A stretch of 64,000 bases of DNA from Pocillopora damicornis (Eukaryota), in the NCBI RefSeq assembly GCF_003704095.1, contig NW_020844266.1, positions 558,001-622,000 on the forward strand. Reading direction: 5' to 3'. Under the pieces are notes generated by a model that searched no databases, was not told where the DNA came from, and saw only the letters and a list, made by a program, of their open reading frames with translations. Shown here one piece after another: positions 1-12,066 of the stretch (the stretch's first letter is position 1; every line of letters starts with the position of its first letter). The position numbers and the translations under genes were made by a program.

Positions 1-964
1 CCACGCGAACACCTCGTGATGTTTAGAGGAAGATTTTATCCACAACACTCAGTGTCAAAATTAAAAATTGTTTCTATGAAACAGCTTATTTTTTACGACA
101 CATTTTACAATGTTATTTGAGCATACCATGTTCACTAAGCTGAGAATAGACTATTTTACAGCCTTCTCCTGATTCATTTTGTTTGTTTGATCGTTCAAAA
201 CTTAAAATTTTATCTCGACAGAAGTGCAAAAAGGACTTGAGGTGGGTTGTTGAGGGGAAGTGGGGAGAAGGGGGGAGGGGGGGGGAAACAAACGCTTCGT
301 CTTCATCCACACCAGCCCCTCGTAAAACCAGCCTTGATCACTCCCAGAAGGAGGTGAGAGTTTTGGAACAAGTACTGCTCATAGGCTGACGAAGATTTCA
401 AACAATAGTTTGATAACGATCTTTAAACAACCTACACAGAAGGGCAGAGCGGTTCATGCGTGGAAAGAAGATTAACGATGATGACCTGTTGCCCCCTTAC
501 AGCAACGAATGCCGGTCTTCATGATGCTACAGGTGCAGTTGTTGTAATAGGATTCCCGAGTGTATTTCGCTGAAAAAGAAAATGATTTAGGATGGTTGCA
601 ACCCCTGGCAATTATGAATTGTGATCACTTACCCTTTTTTTTGGTTAAGATCTTTGAGGGTAAGGTGGTGGAAATGGCTTAAGCCGGGGGAAATAATCCC
701 GCTCCTTGTCTGAGTACCCGTACCCCAGGCACCTATCTTTCAATAAATGCCTTCCTTGTTGTGACCGCGCGAGAAATCTTTCAATGTGACGTGGAATAAC
801 ATAAAACTTCACTCAAGCTTACTGTATCTTTTCCGCGCCTGGCGAAAATTTGACTCGCAATGTCCTCTGGGAATGGCTTGTGGCTTCCAGGCCTCTTGAG
901 ACCCTTCGTCTTGCAAATCCAAGCACGATAAACCTATTTGCAGATTGACAAATCTGAAGCAATA

Positions 965-2502
965 ATGAAAGTTCGAGTTGCAGATGATCTTCCGATTGTG
1001 CCCCTTGGCAGTAGTGAGATACAGGGAAAGATTTTAGTTTCCCTTGAAGACGGAGTGGGATGTGCAATGTACGAATTTTACGCTCAAGCTGGCGACGAGG
1101 TCACGCTCATCGCATTTCACCGTAATCACAATCACATATACTACTGTGTTGAAGGTATGAGTAAATATTTCCATGCAACGAATGACTATCGCCCCTATGG
1201 CAAATTATATCAGTAGAGTGAAGACCTTGTCAAATGAAACCCTTAGCTTTCACACACACAAAAAACAAGATAAAACCCAAATTACTATATATCTACATAG
1301 GAGAATCATGCTACCGTGCCCTGCGTGTCGGAGCCTTCCTGAATTATTGATAGAATTATACCGCAAGACAGAAAACAGCATATTCGACTTTTTTAGTTAG
1401 CTGGTGCTAAGTATTTCCGTAGCGAAAATTGTGGCCGCCATCTTTTAATTAAATGGCGGTGAAAGACAGGGGAGAGAAGAAAATACGTACTAAGGGGGTA
1501 GTCATCGGTCAAGAATAAGGAGAGGCGCAGGGGTGGGGGAGTGAAGATTTTCGCCCTTCCCCCGGCCCCTACCCTCACCGTCCACTCTAACTCCAAATCA
1601 AACATGGCCCGTCGGATAAACGACTGCGAGTTTATATCGGTAGCTCGCTCTAATAGGACGCCTGTACCATCACGGGACGATAGAAGTCCATGGAGTATTG
1701 TTAGTGTGGTAAATTTGTAGTATTTGCGTCAATCATACACTCGAAGTTTTGTAGTTGAAAATAGGACCTGAAAAAAATTTAGGCCCGTACGGGATTTAAA
1801 CCCATGACCTCTGCGATACCGGTGCAGCGCGCTACCAACTGAGCTAACAAGCCAACTGGGATGTATATGAATATACAAATATATGAATTTCATATATCTA
1901 AAATCATAACTTTCATGTTGCTAAACACCTCATCCATTTTAACAGGGCGATGTGTCATACACGACGGTGCAACCAAACAGCTGCCTTTCACCGCTGACCA
2001 TCTCCTTGCTCTCACAACTGACAAAAACGTTCACATTCGTATTCAGGAGCCAATGAGAATAGTTGCTGTTTCCGTCCCACATGACACAAGCGTATCTCCC
2101 CCACCTTTGCTAATGAAGAGCCTGGACGAAGTAACTGATTCAGATCGCAATGTTCCCTTTGAAGATGGATTAAGTCGAAGGTTTCTTGCCGCCCCTGATG
2201 GCTACAACATCTCAGTTCACAACACGTTTTGTTCGAGTAGTTTTAGCAAGCATCTCCAATATCTAAATAACAAAGAATTAGTCTATGTTATCAAAGGTCA
2301 AGGTGAATACGTATGGGAAAACGGGCAATGTCGACACGATTTTGACTCTGAAAAGCATCATGGGACTATGTTTCTTGTAGGAAACAACGCCCACAAGATG
2401 ACAATCGGCGCTAGAGATACCATTGCTATCTGCCTGTTCTATCCACCACTCATGGGAAACGAACGGCTGAAAACTGGTAAAGAGGGTGGTTCCTCTTATT
2501 AG
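965..2502 (+). CDS. Tandem (two-domain) ectoine synthase EctC-like cupin protein, ~248 aa; exons 965-1154 and 1946-2502
   Basis: Phase-1 GT-AG intron (G|gtatga at 1155; tttaacag|GG at 1945) joins YCVE-G-RCVIH in frame (747 nt). Domain 2 (LMKSLDEVTDSDRNV...SRRFLAAPDGYNISVH...QYLNNKELVYVIKGQG...GTMF...AH...ICLFYPPLMGNE...SSY*) parallels the EctC consensus as I recall it (MIVRxLDEI..T.R.V..SRRLLL..DG.G.SFH..HYKNHLEAVYCIEGEG..GT.YAL..H..CVFNPPLTG.E..GSY). Domain 1 (MKVRVADDL...LVSLEDGVGCAMYE...NHNHIYYCVEG...MRIVAV) is a more diverged copy. An acceptor-like site at 943 allows an additional upstream exon. Confidence 0.8.
1720..1860 (-). mobile_element. tRNA-derived SINE inside the intron of the EctC-like gene
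   Basis: The reverse complement of 1781-1860 reads CCCAGTTGGCTTGTTAGCTCAGTTGGTAGCGCGCTGCACCGGTATCGCAGAGGTCATGGGTTTAAATCCCGTACGGGCCT. It has an A-box (TAGCTCAGTTGG) and a degenerate B-box (GGTTTAAATCC) but no proper acceptor stem, and is followed by a T-run and a non-tRNA body. Confidence 0.7.
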
Positions 2503-3149
2503 CTCCATGCTCTTTTCATACCTGCTAGCTAGTGTAGGCCTCAAGGGTTGATACGGTTTTAGCAACACACTTTTGTGAAACATCTGTATCATATTTGCCA
2601 TTATTTAACTTTGAAAGTGAAAATCGGGCTCTCGCGAATTATTCGGTAGGATTTCGGTAATTATTTGAAGTTCCCTGGCATTTTCCAAATATTTTTTAAA
2701 GGTTGCACAATCACGCAAGTCTTTAGGATGTCCTTGCTACAGGAATTGGACCACGTATATGCTAAGGAATGAGAAAGGTTTTCTGATGCGTTTATTTCGT
2801 AAATTAACCTATAGTTAATCATTAATCAAGTGGTAGTGTTGCCTTGAAGTCTGTTGAAGGCGAAATAAAATTTCTATACGATTACCTTGGACGGAATAGG
2901 AGGTCAGTTGTCTATAAACCGATCCAGCAGTGATGTTTATTATTCTTCGAGGCCTCTTGGTACGATAAATGACATGTTCTTTCACTTTGTGGTAATCGTC
3001 ACCCTTTGCTACAATGTGCGACTAGTATTTGACAAAGTGCAATGTTTTATTTTTTTTTAATTACAAAATGTGACGTGTTATTCAGCTTTTTTTTTATTGT
3101 TATTAAAAAAAAAATAAATTACTGTATGTTAGCGTGAGGAGTTGTATGT

Positions 3150-3395
3150 TCTACTACAAGACCTGAAGTTGTTTACAATTTGTTAAGAAAGCTAAAAACG
3201 AACAAAGCTACTGGACTAGACAATACTCCTGCACGCTTGCCTAAGGACGGAGTTCCGGTTATTTCGGAGTGCTTGACTCGCATAATTAACCGTTCCTATT
3301 TCTCTGGAGTGATACCAGCCGGCTGGAAGACTTCAAGAGTTGTGCCGTTATTCAAGTGCGGTAACAGGGAAGAAATGGATAAATATCGTGTGTGA
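3150..3395 (+). mobile_element. Short CR1/L2-type LINE reverse transcriptase fragment
   Basis: LRKLKTNKATGLDNTPARL...IPAGWKTSRVVPLFKCGNREEMDKYR matches the KAxGxD / W K xxxV xPxxK / YRP pre-RT region of non-LTR retrotransposons; truncated. Confidence 0.8.
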
Positions 3396-3889
3396 CGAGA
3401 CCAAACAACGGCTGCGAAAGAGACAACAATCAGCGTGGTACCGATGCATTTCATTTTTGCTTAGAAGTATTGACATTAGCGACAATAGACCGCAAAATAC
3501 CTGTGCGAGTTCAGATAAAATTTGTCTTTTTTTCTGTTAAGGTGAAGTAACGCGATATTTTCGTTATTTTGAAAGTTATGCTTTTTTCCGTTACAGAAAT
3601 GAGAACATTAGGCACATAGTATACCATCTCAACCCACCGGGCCAAAAAGAATAAATCTTGCATGCTATGCATGCCTATGTTTCAAAATGGTCGCACTTTG
3701 TAGTAACACGTGTATTAAAATACAAACTGCGACAAGTATTACATAGTGATAAGGATAACACCTAAGCTGCGTTTTCACGGCGAGTAAACTGCTCTAATTC
3801 CTGTTGCTTCGTCTCTCAAGAGACCACAATGAGTATGATCCAGCCGCTCGAGTAAGTTAAAGAGTTGCCGAACATTTCGGTGTCAAGCT

Positions 3890-4461
3890 ATTAAGTGTGC
3901 GTGCATGAATCTAAGTGCCGGTCATGACCGCATCTGTCGATCCCTTCCCCTGTATTACAACAAGGAAACAACTCCTTGCTCGTCAGTCAGTCTGTCCAAA
4001 TTGTTCTCTCTGTAAAATTGCTCAATGACAATTACCCCTGAATCTGATCAACGGAACACACTCATAGTTTTGGGCAACTTCTTTAAGACACTGCCTAGCT
4101 CATACGTACCTGGAAACTGATCTTAATAATATTTTTAGAGCTACAAGAGCACGTCCTGTCATTTTCATTAAGTGTACGTGCATGAATCGACGTGCCGGTC
4201 ACGACCCCATCTGTCGATCCCTTCCCCTGTATTACAACGAGGAAACAACTCCTTGCTCGTCAGCCAGTCAGTCCAAATTGTTCTCTCTCTCTTGACTCCA
4301 TTCGATTTATACAATTACCAATGAATCTGATCAACGGGACACACTCAAAGTTTTGAGCAACTTCGTCAGTTATGACACTGTCTAACCCATACTTACCTTA
4401 AAACTGAGAAGATTATTAAAATAATCCTCTCAAAGCAGCAAGAGCACGTCCCGTCATTTTC
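3890..4461. repeat. Two-copy direct tandem duplication (units ~277 and ~295 bp)
   Basis: Units start attaagtgt(g/a)cgtgcatgaatc at 3890 and 4167, share catctgtcgatcccttcccctgtattacaac...tgaatctgatcaacgg, and both end caagagcacgtcc(t/c)gtcattttc. Confidence 0.9.
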
Positions 4462-4774
4462 TAACCTTATTTGGCGTCATTTTCAACTGCTACGTGATCT
4501 TCAAGCCTAGGGCCAAATATTTCAAAAACATAAATTCGACGTCTCGTAGTGTAAAAAGTGTTCCTCGCCTGTTATTGATACAACGAAGAGAAGTCGTATC
4601 TTCTGGAAGTCTCAGTAAGAATTTTCTTACGGTCGGAAGGCTGCAGTTTCATATTGAGCAATCGACGGTATTTAGTGGTATCAAACTCGTGTGTATATAT
4701 ATATAAAGACTGTGATGTCATCTTAAAAGTTGTTATCATTAACTGCCGGGATTTTCATATCATGAAAGGCTTTT

Positions 4775-4874
4775 NNNNNNNNNNNNNNNNNNNNNNNNNN
4801 NNNNNNNNNNNNNNNNNNNNNNNNNNNNNNNNNNNNNNNNNNNNNNNNNNNNNNNNNNNNNNNNNNNNNNNNNN
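4775..4874. other. Assembly gap (100 N)
   Basis: Run of N. Confidence 1.
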
Positions 4875-7807
4875 GCTTACATGATAACCTAAGATGTTTT
4901 TTTCTTTTTGGGTCTTTTCTTTCACAGCTGGAGACGTGAGAAATGGCAGACGATGAACCTTGAGCAGAAACTCTGCCTCATTATCACAAGATAGAAATGG
5001 TGACGTCATCACGATACAGATCCTGCTGTAACAGTAATACCTGCAGCCAGAAAAGTACCCAAATATCAGCCTACATAATCGGCAAATCTACTTCACATAC
5101 TAGACCCCTTCCAACAGATCACAGCTTGAATCGCCGGCTGGATATTGCACTCCAATCTAACATCAAATGCAAACGAGTCAAAGGAGAGATTTTGCCAGAC
5201 ATTAGTCCTCTTACAGCAATAAATGACAAGTTAGTTATCACAGCAAAGATCTCTCCAAAAAAAATCCCTCCAAGTTCAACGCTGCAAAATGGAACGATCA
5301 TATCAAAACCATACGTCAAACGTCTACAGATCCAGCTGTTACGATAAAAAAAAAAAGAAGCGTACCAAGAGATCAGTTTAAACCCTACTCTTCAACCTTA
5401 GACCTCGTCCAGATAAAAGCAGGAGTCACTCCAGGAGAAAGCAGCTCGAAGCGGAGGAAGGCTATGAACTTCAATCTATTGTATTATGTGGTGCTATCTT
5501 TCATTCGGTACACGCACGGTATACACACGTCTTTAATACATTTTAATATACAGAAAGACATATCAAAAGGATTGGTGAGATTGGAAGAATAACAAAAGCA
5601 AAGAAAAGGGTAGTTTTTCTAAAGATCATTTCTTTTAGCTTGGATTTAATAGTAAGTAAGTTTTATCGTTCATTGTATTTTTATTTTTTAACGGAATTTT
5701 AAGTACAAAACAATTTGAGTAGTTACACGCTTGAAATTTTATCCACAAAAATTTCGTCCTTTACGGAGTTGGTAAACTCACTATAATTTAAAGAATCGAA
5801 TAACGTCAGCGTTCGCCCCGTTACAGAAGTTAACGGAGATAATATGCCAGAAGTTACTCCCCCATCACCAAAAAATGACAAGGACAAAACAGTTCTCATT
5901 AATGAGAACCCTCCAGAACCTGCTGTAGAGGTAGATCACAGAGATCTTCACTGACCGCAAGAAACTAATCTTGGACCCTGGATGATGGCTTAGTGACAGA
6001 AGTGGAGGCTACACAAAACCTCTTGAAAATGAAGTTTTCCCAAATTGATGGCTTGGAAGACCCAACCATAAAAAAAAAACCTTGTGCTGTGGTAAAAAAA
6101 ACACCTGTTTACGGTTATTTCTTCTCTCGAACATTTCAATATTTAGCCACAAAATAATCTTGATACTTAAGATCATTCATCCTATCATAAAAAAATTTGC
6201 CTCTGATTGCTTCGTCAACTTGAATGTGTGATTTAATATAGCTTGTGATTTGTAGAATTTAGGTTGAGAGACGTTTTTGAAGCAACATCCATAATGAATT
6301 ATCTTCCAAAATGGAATGTTTCAATAACTTTTTTCATTTCTCTTTGATGCATCATCTGGCGTTTCTGGGACACAATTGAAGGAAGCAGGTGGAAAAAAAA
6401 ATTATCAATTTTCATTCAGTTCAGTTTTTGATTATGAGTAACATTTTATGTTTTCACATGCCAGACGATGGTCCAGCTGAAGATGGCCCCGAAAAGAAAT
6501 GAAATCTACTGAAACAAAAGTGAATTTTTGAGAAACTTGCACACTTAATTGGTAAGTACGTCTCGGCTTGTAATTCTGATGATAACAGTCTGCTGGCAGA
6601 GTTAATTGAAATGTCAGTCCCTCTACAGGAATGTACTTTTCATATGACCCGACAGAGATAACTGAAAAGATGTATTTGTGCTTGGCGTTTGAGGACACAC
6701 CGGCATGCGCAGTCAGTTAGAAATTAACTCGTCATGGGTCAACTGAACATGCTTTTGTAGAGCGGGTTTTTGATACGAGCAGAGAAAAGAGGAGTCTGCA
6801 CATTTTTTTAAGCTGTATCATTTTAAGCTATATTAATTTTAACCATACATTAATACGTAATTATTAGTTCCTACTATATATTTTTCTTTTTAAATCTATA
6901 TTTGAATTATGTACGTAGAAAAATAATAAATAGATCCTGTAAATGGAAGGGAGAGACTTTTATTTATTAATAGTTGTAATTTTGTAATAACTTTTCTAAT
7001 AATTTCCATTTCACTAATGAGCTGTTCAAGTTAATGCTCAAGTTTTTTTTTATTATGAAACCCTACACTAAATGTAAGTTAGCAATGTCACCAAGGTAAC
7101 CGTGTTACATGCAACATTCCAAGATAAAAGGCATATCCACTATTGGCCATGTGATATCAGTATGTTTTTTTTTTAAATGCAAGGAGTGCATTGCTTTGCA
7201 CTATTTGTTAGACAATGAAAGGAAAGAAAATCAGACCAGGAAAAAAAATTATTGTTGTGGGTTGTCACCAGGAAGGGACCCCTACAGGACAATACAAATG
7301 CAATCCTGAACCTTCCTTCTGACGATACAGCGGCCATGTTAAGCAAGTCTTACAAACCTGAAACAAAGGGACCAACATGCAACCAGTAAGGATCTCCAAA
7401 GGCCTGTAATGTGGAAATGTTACCTGTCTCACCGACTGGTGAGGATCTCAGAAGTCTGTAATGTAGACAAGTCACCCAACTCACCCATTCATTTTGGGTT
7501 CATAGACAACCTTTTTTATGATAACTTACCAAAGGGGCACAAATATTCTGAAACAATAGCGGAAAAGCTTAACAACGTGCTAGAAAACCAGTAGACATGT
7601 TTTTCTAATCAGGAAGTTATGCACAGCATGACTTTAAACTCGAAGTTCACAGTAGCAACCCCACGTGTAGGCCTAGTTGTTCAATAGACAGGTTAAACAA
7701 CCTCAGGTTAGGGCTCACCAAACGCTATATTTCTTGACTGCAGGTTTGTTAACTTGGCTAAACTCATATTAGCCACAGCTAAACTGAGGTTAGAAACCCA
7801 TAACTTA

Positions 7808-8302
7808 CCGAGATGCCGTTAAGAATTGCAGCGACATCGACTGGGTGTGCATTCCGTGTACCGCTCAAGTTCGTGATTTGTCTTTTGAACCTGCCGTCGA
7901 GAGCACGCGGCGGGATAGCTGGGAAGATGTTGGACGGAAAGACCAGTCCTTAAGAACTGTAGAAAGACTAATCAAGCCATCGCAAAGAAAGAGACACGTC
8001 ATCGGCACCAAGAAGAAAATAGAATTGGGCTGGAGAAGATGTAGTCGACGACACGAAATGGCCAGGAACAGTGACATGTTGCGGAACCATTTTTCCCCGC
8101 GCTGGTGCGTTTAAGTACCACGTAGAAAAAAAACACGTGAACTGTCGTCGATATCGTCTTGGGGCGGATTAGCAAGTTTTTGGTATACTGTTACCACTGC
8201 AGGCAAGTCATAAGCAATACAGTGGCTTCCCCACACTGTTTCAGTCACAGCAAAACAGCATTTCAGCACATCAGAAATGTCCATTTAGACAGAAAAACTT
8301 GA
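7808..8302 (+). pseudogene. Decayed zinc-finger-containing (probably transposon-derived) coding relic
   Basis: Fragments in shifting frames: RDAVKNCSDIDWVCIPC (PHD-finger-like end), TCCGTIF..GAFKYHVEKKH and VYCYHCRQ...TAFQHIRNVH (C2H2/BED-like), interrupted by stops and frameshifts. Confidence 0.35.
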
Positions 8303-9759
8303 GGAAAAACCTTTCTCAAATGCCAAAGTAAGTTAAAAATAGTGTCATCGATCAAAAATTGAAGTAAATGTATAAAGAAAATTCCTAGATATCGTAAACA
8401 CTGTTTGAGCCAAGCCAGGGACTACAGCCAGAGTCTACAAAAAAGTGGAAAACTTTGCATGGTCAGGAAAAGACGGAGTTAAAAAAACTTACAAAGAAAC
8501 AGAAGAAAACTGGTGGAAGATGGCCACAAAGATGCCATCAGCATTAATTGCATAACAGGCCCCCAAGCTTATTTTGTCAAAAAGTTGCCTTTTGGTATCT
8601 TTTTCAGTCATTAGTCACTTTGAACCATTTAGTTGAAACAAAATGTGGAGATTGTATGTTTCCATAAATCTAAGTCCAAAAATGTTAAATAGAGAAATCT
8701 AATTTGTGTATTATAATTGAAGATATGTTTTGTGGACATGTGAACAAATTAATGCACTTTTTGATCATTTATATGCATGAATGTCACCATAATATATGAT
8801 ATTAAACAATGTAATAACATATAATTATAAGATATAATTAATCAAAAATGATTGTGCAATAAAGTTTTGTGAGCTACTTTAATTAAATAAACATCAAGTG
8901 ATTGACTCATATCAGACCATGTGTAATGTACACTCTTTTTCCAGTGAAAATTTCTCATCATCTCTCACCATCTTGGAAGTGTTTTCAGCACCATGAGGTG
9001 GATGAAATATAGTGCATTATACATTATTGCAAATTTTCTTAATCAAATACACTACAAGAGCATAATAGTGCAATATCAAATACACATAAAAGTGATGTAA
9101 GAAATGTAAAAACAAAGAATCCATAGACTGAAAATAAAGAAAAAAAGAGAGAGTGTTGTTCTCTAAGGAAGTTATTGCTTGTCAGGTGCAACATCTCTTT
9201 CAAAACAATTAGCCAATCCAACGTCCTCCTCTGGAAACCAGATAGTAAATTGTGGGTGAGACAAACAAGTAAACAATGCTTTCCTGATTATTAAAATCTT
9301 GTTTGACAATGCCCCTAAGAGTGTTTTGATGGCATAACATTTTAGGAAAATATCAACTCAGAGTTTTAAAGCTGTGTTGTTGGTTGGAAGAAAAAAGAAA
9401 CAATATCCAACTAGAAGTCAATGTATACAATGCAATTTCTTACAGGTGGTTCAATGCAAAAACAAGATTTGTGCTTTTAAAAGTTACATGCTGCTCTGCA
9501 AACTTACATGTAATTAGCCTTGTATACAAGGAGGACCCCATAAAGCATCAACCAACAAAATTATATAGTAGATCAAGATACTAAAATGCACAGTCAGCCA
9601 AAAGGGCTTCATTTCCTTAGGTCTTGGGATTAAGTGATCATGCCCATGATTTATGGTACTGTGAATAATAAGGTCAATTACCCCTCTAAAATTCTCTTGT
9701 GAAGAAGTTACACAAAACTGGATGAAGAAGTCTTTAGGAACAACCTAGTTACTGCACCA

Positions 9760-12066
9760 TGGTATGTTATGGACATACTTGAATCTCTTGAAGAAAACTG
9801 TGATTATTGTTCTTGTCAACTACGTTACTGATGAACACATCCAGTAAAAAAAAAGTGTGCCATCTAAAGATGTCCCTTTCATGACCAAGAACTGGAAGAA
9901 AGCAATCAGGGACAAGAGAAAGGCAGCAAAAACATATGCAAACAACAGTACTGAGGAGAATGGGAAATGAAAAGGAAGACCAGAAATGCAGCTTCAAAAC
10001 AATGACACACTGCCATTAAAAAAAATTTCTTAACATAAAATCTGAGGAGTTGAACTATAAACCACAGGGATTCTTCAAAATGTTCAAACCTCTTCTGGCA
10101 AACAGAAATGGATCCTTTGGTAGCAATTGTATGTTATTGAATGTGAATGGAACTGTGGCTAAAGACCAAAACGTAGTTGTCAAAGAATTTGCTGGTTATT
10201 TTTCTACCTTGGCTAACAATATTGGTGATGAATCCAGCTTATCTTCAACAGAACACAATTTTACAGCCCCTCCAAGTGTAACAAACATTGAAAACAACTG
10301 GCCCACTGCTGATATGTTCACATTTACAGAGATCTCTTATGGTGAAACTGCTAAAGCCTTAGATGGTCTTAATCCCTCAAAGTCCACTTGTCCTGACTTA
10401 ATACCGCCAAGAATCTTGAAGCTAGCCGCAAAGGAACTTGCACTCTCACCAACAAAAATCTTTAATCTATCAATAACATCTGGGTGTTATCCCAAGAGAT
10501 GGAAGAGAGGGGATGGGGTACCTATTTTCAAGAAAGATGCCAAAATGGAGAAGGACTATTGGCCAGTGACAGTCTTAAATGCTTTAAACAAAAATCTTTC
10601 AACAGCTGCTAAGCAAGCAAGTAGTAACCAAAGTGGATTCGCATCTTTCCCGAAACATGTCAGCCTACAGAAAAGGTCACCACTGTCAGAGGACCTCAAT
10701 GAAACTCATAGAAGATTGGAGACTGGCCATTGACAAAGGAAAGTTTGTGAGAGTCATCCCTACTGACACTGGCAAAGCATTTGAGTTTCTCCTTCTATTG
10801 CACATGGTCAGGAAACTACAAGCCTATAATTTCTCTGATGAGTCTGTCACTATGTCTCTTAAGATCATATTTCCAAGACTAGTAAAGAAGGGTTAAGCTT
10901 GAAACAGTCAACAGCTCTTGGCACAATATAAGAAAAGGCTGCCCTCAAGGGTCATGTTTCAGACCATTGCTGTGGAACATGTTTCAGAATGACTTAAGTT
11001 ATAGTATTAAGAACAGTGATTTTTCTACATAGAAAAATGGCAACCTTTCAATCAGCTGATTGAAAGGTTGCCACCCTGTTAAACAACGAGGCTAAGATTG
11101 TATCCAACTGGTATAAAAATAATTTCTTGCTGGCAAACAAAGACAAATTCTAGGAAATGTCTCCAGCAAAAAAGCAAAGAATACACAAGAGGCACAGATT
11201 GTCATTGACAATGAAGAAATTGAATGCACAAGTTCATTAACGCCATGAGGAGTCCATATAGATATTAAACTTAGCTCTGGTGCACACATTCAAGAAGTCT
11301 GTCAGAAAGATAATTGCAAAATTGGTGTCCTCTTGAGAATGAAAAACCTAATTCCTGAAAAGAAGAAATTACATCTGCTTAAAGAGGTAATTCTCCCTTA
11401 GCTAAATTATTGCTCACTTGTTTTGCTATTCCTTAGAGCATCTGATCAGCAGAAACTAGAGAGGATAAAGGAAAAAGGGATTGAGAGTGGTTTTCAATTA
11501 CAGTGCATCAACATACAAAAACCTGTTAAAGAAAGCATGACCTGATGGTGTTGATGTTCAATGTTAAAAATGGACTGTCCAAAGTACATCCTTGAATTAT
11601 TCCAACAAAGGAGAGTAATTATAATTTACCAGCATCAGACCTTGTTATACTGATATATAATACAGTAACCTATGGAAAACATTCTATCAGATATCTAGGG
11701 CCTTATTTATGGCGCAAATTACTGGGAAATGTACAACACAGTGCAATTTGAACAGTTTTAAAAGACAAATTAAGAAGATGGACCTGGAAAATTTTTTGCT
11801 CTCAAGATGTCCCACTAGCTGTTTTTTTTTTGTCATTCTTAAAATATAATCCTACAACTCTATAACACAAAACTCTATATTTCTATTATTTATAATATTT
11901 CTATATTAGGTTTTTTCTGTTTTAATTCACACACATCTAAGAGTATATCTGTTATTTATGTTATGGTGTTCCCAATTAGCAACAACATACTTAAGTTACA
12001 TGACAATTGGAAAAAGTTTATTATCATCATCATCATCATCATCATCATCATCGTCATCGTCATCAT
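9760..12066 (+). mobile_element. Degenerate 5'-truncated CR1/L2-type LINE ending in an (ATC)n tail
   Basis: ORFs 10050-10733 and 10633-10896 (KSTCPDLIPPRILK, PKRWKRG..VPIFKK, SAYRKGH, DTGKAF) and GCPQGS (~10937) are RT motifs; many frameshifts and stops; 3' end runs into a trinucleotide repeat. Confidence 0.85.
12023..12066. repeat. (ATC)n microsatellite
   Basis: atcatcatc... run with a few gtc variants. Confidence 0.95.

Noticed and set aside
1781-1860. Functional tRNA gene
   Set aside because: No pairing acceptor stem and a mutated B-box, and it is attached to a SINE-type body; treated as a SINE head.
1861-1945. N-terminus of ORF 1861-2502 (MYMNIQ...) as the real start
   Set aside because: AT-rich intronic sequence upstream of the acceptor at 1945; EctC similarity continues from exon 1 instead.
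965-2502. Bacterial contamination or an ect operon
   Set aside because: It has a spliceosomal intron with an inserted SINE, eukaryotic LINE debris nearby, and no ectA/ectB/ask neighbours.
4890-7600. Intact gene in the ORFs after the first gap
   Set aside because: Coding-like patches are broken by stops and frameshifts with no recognisable domain.
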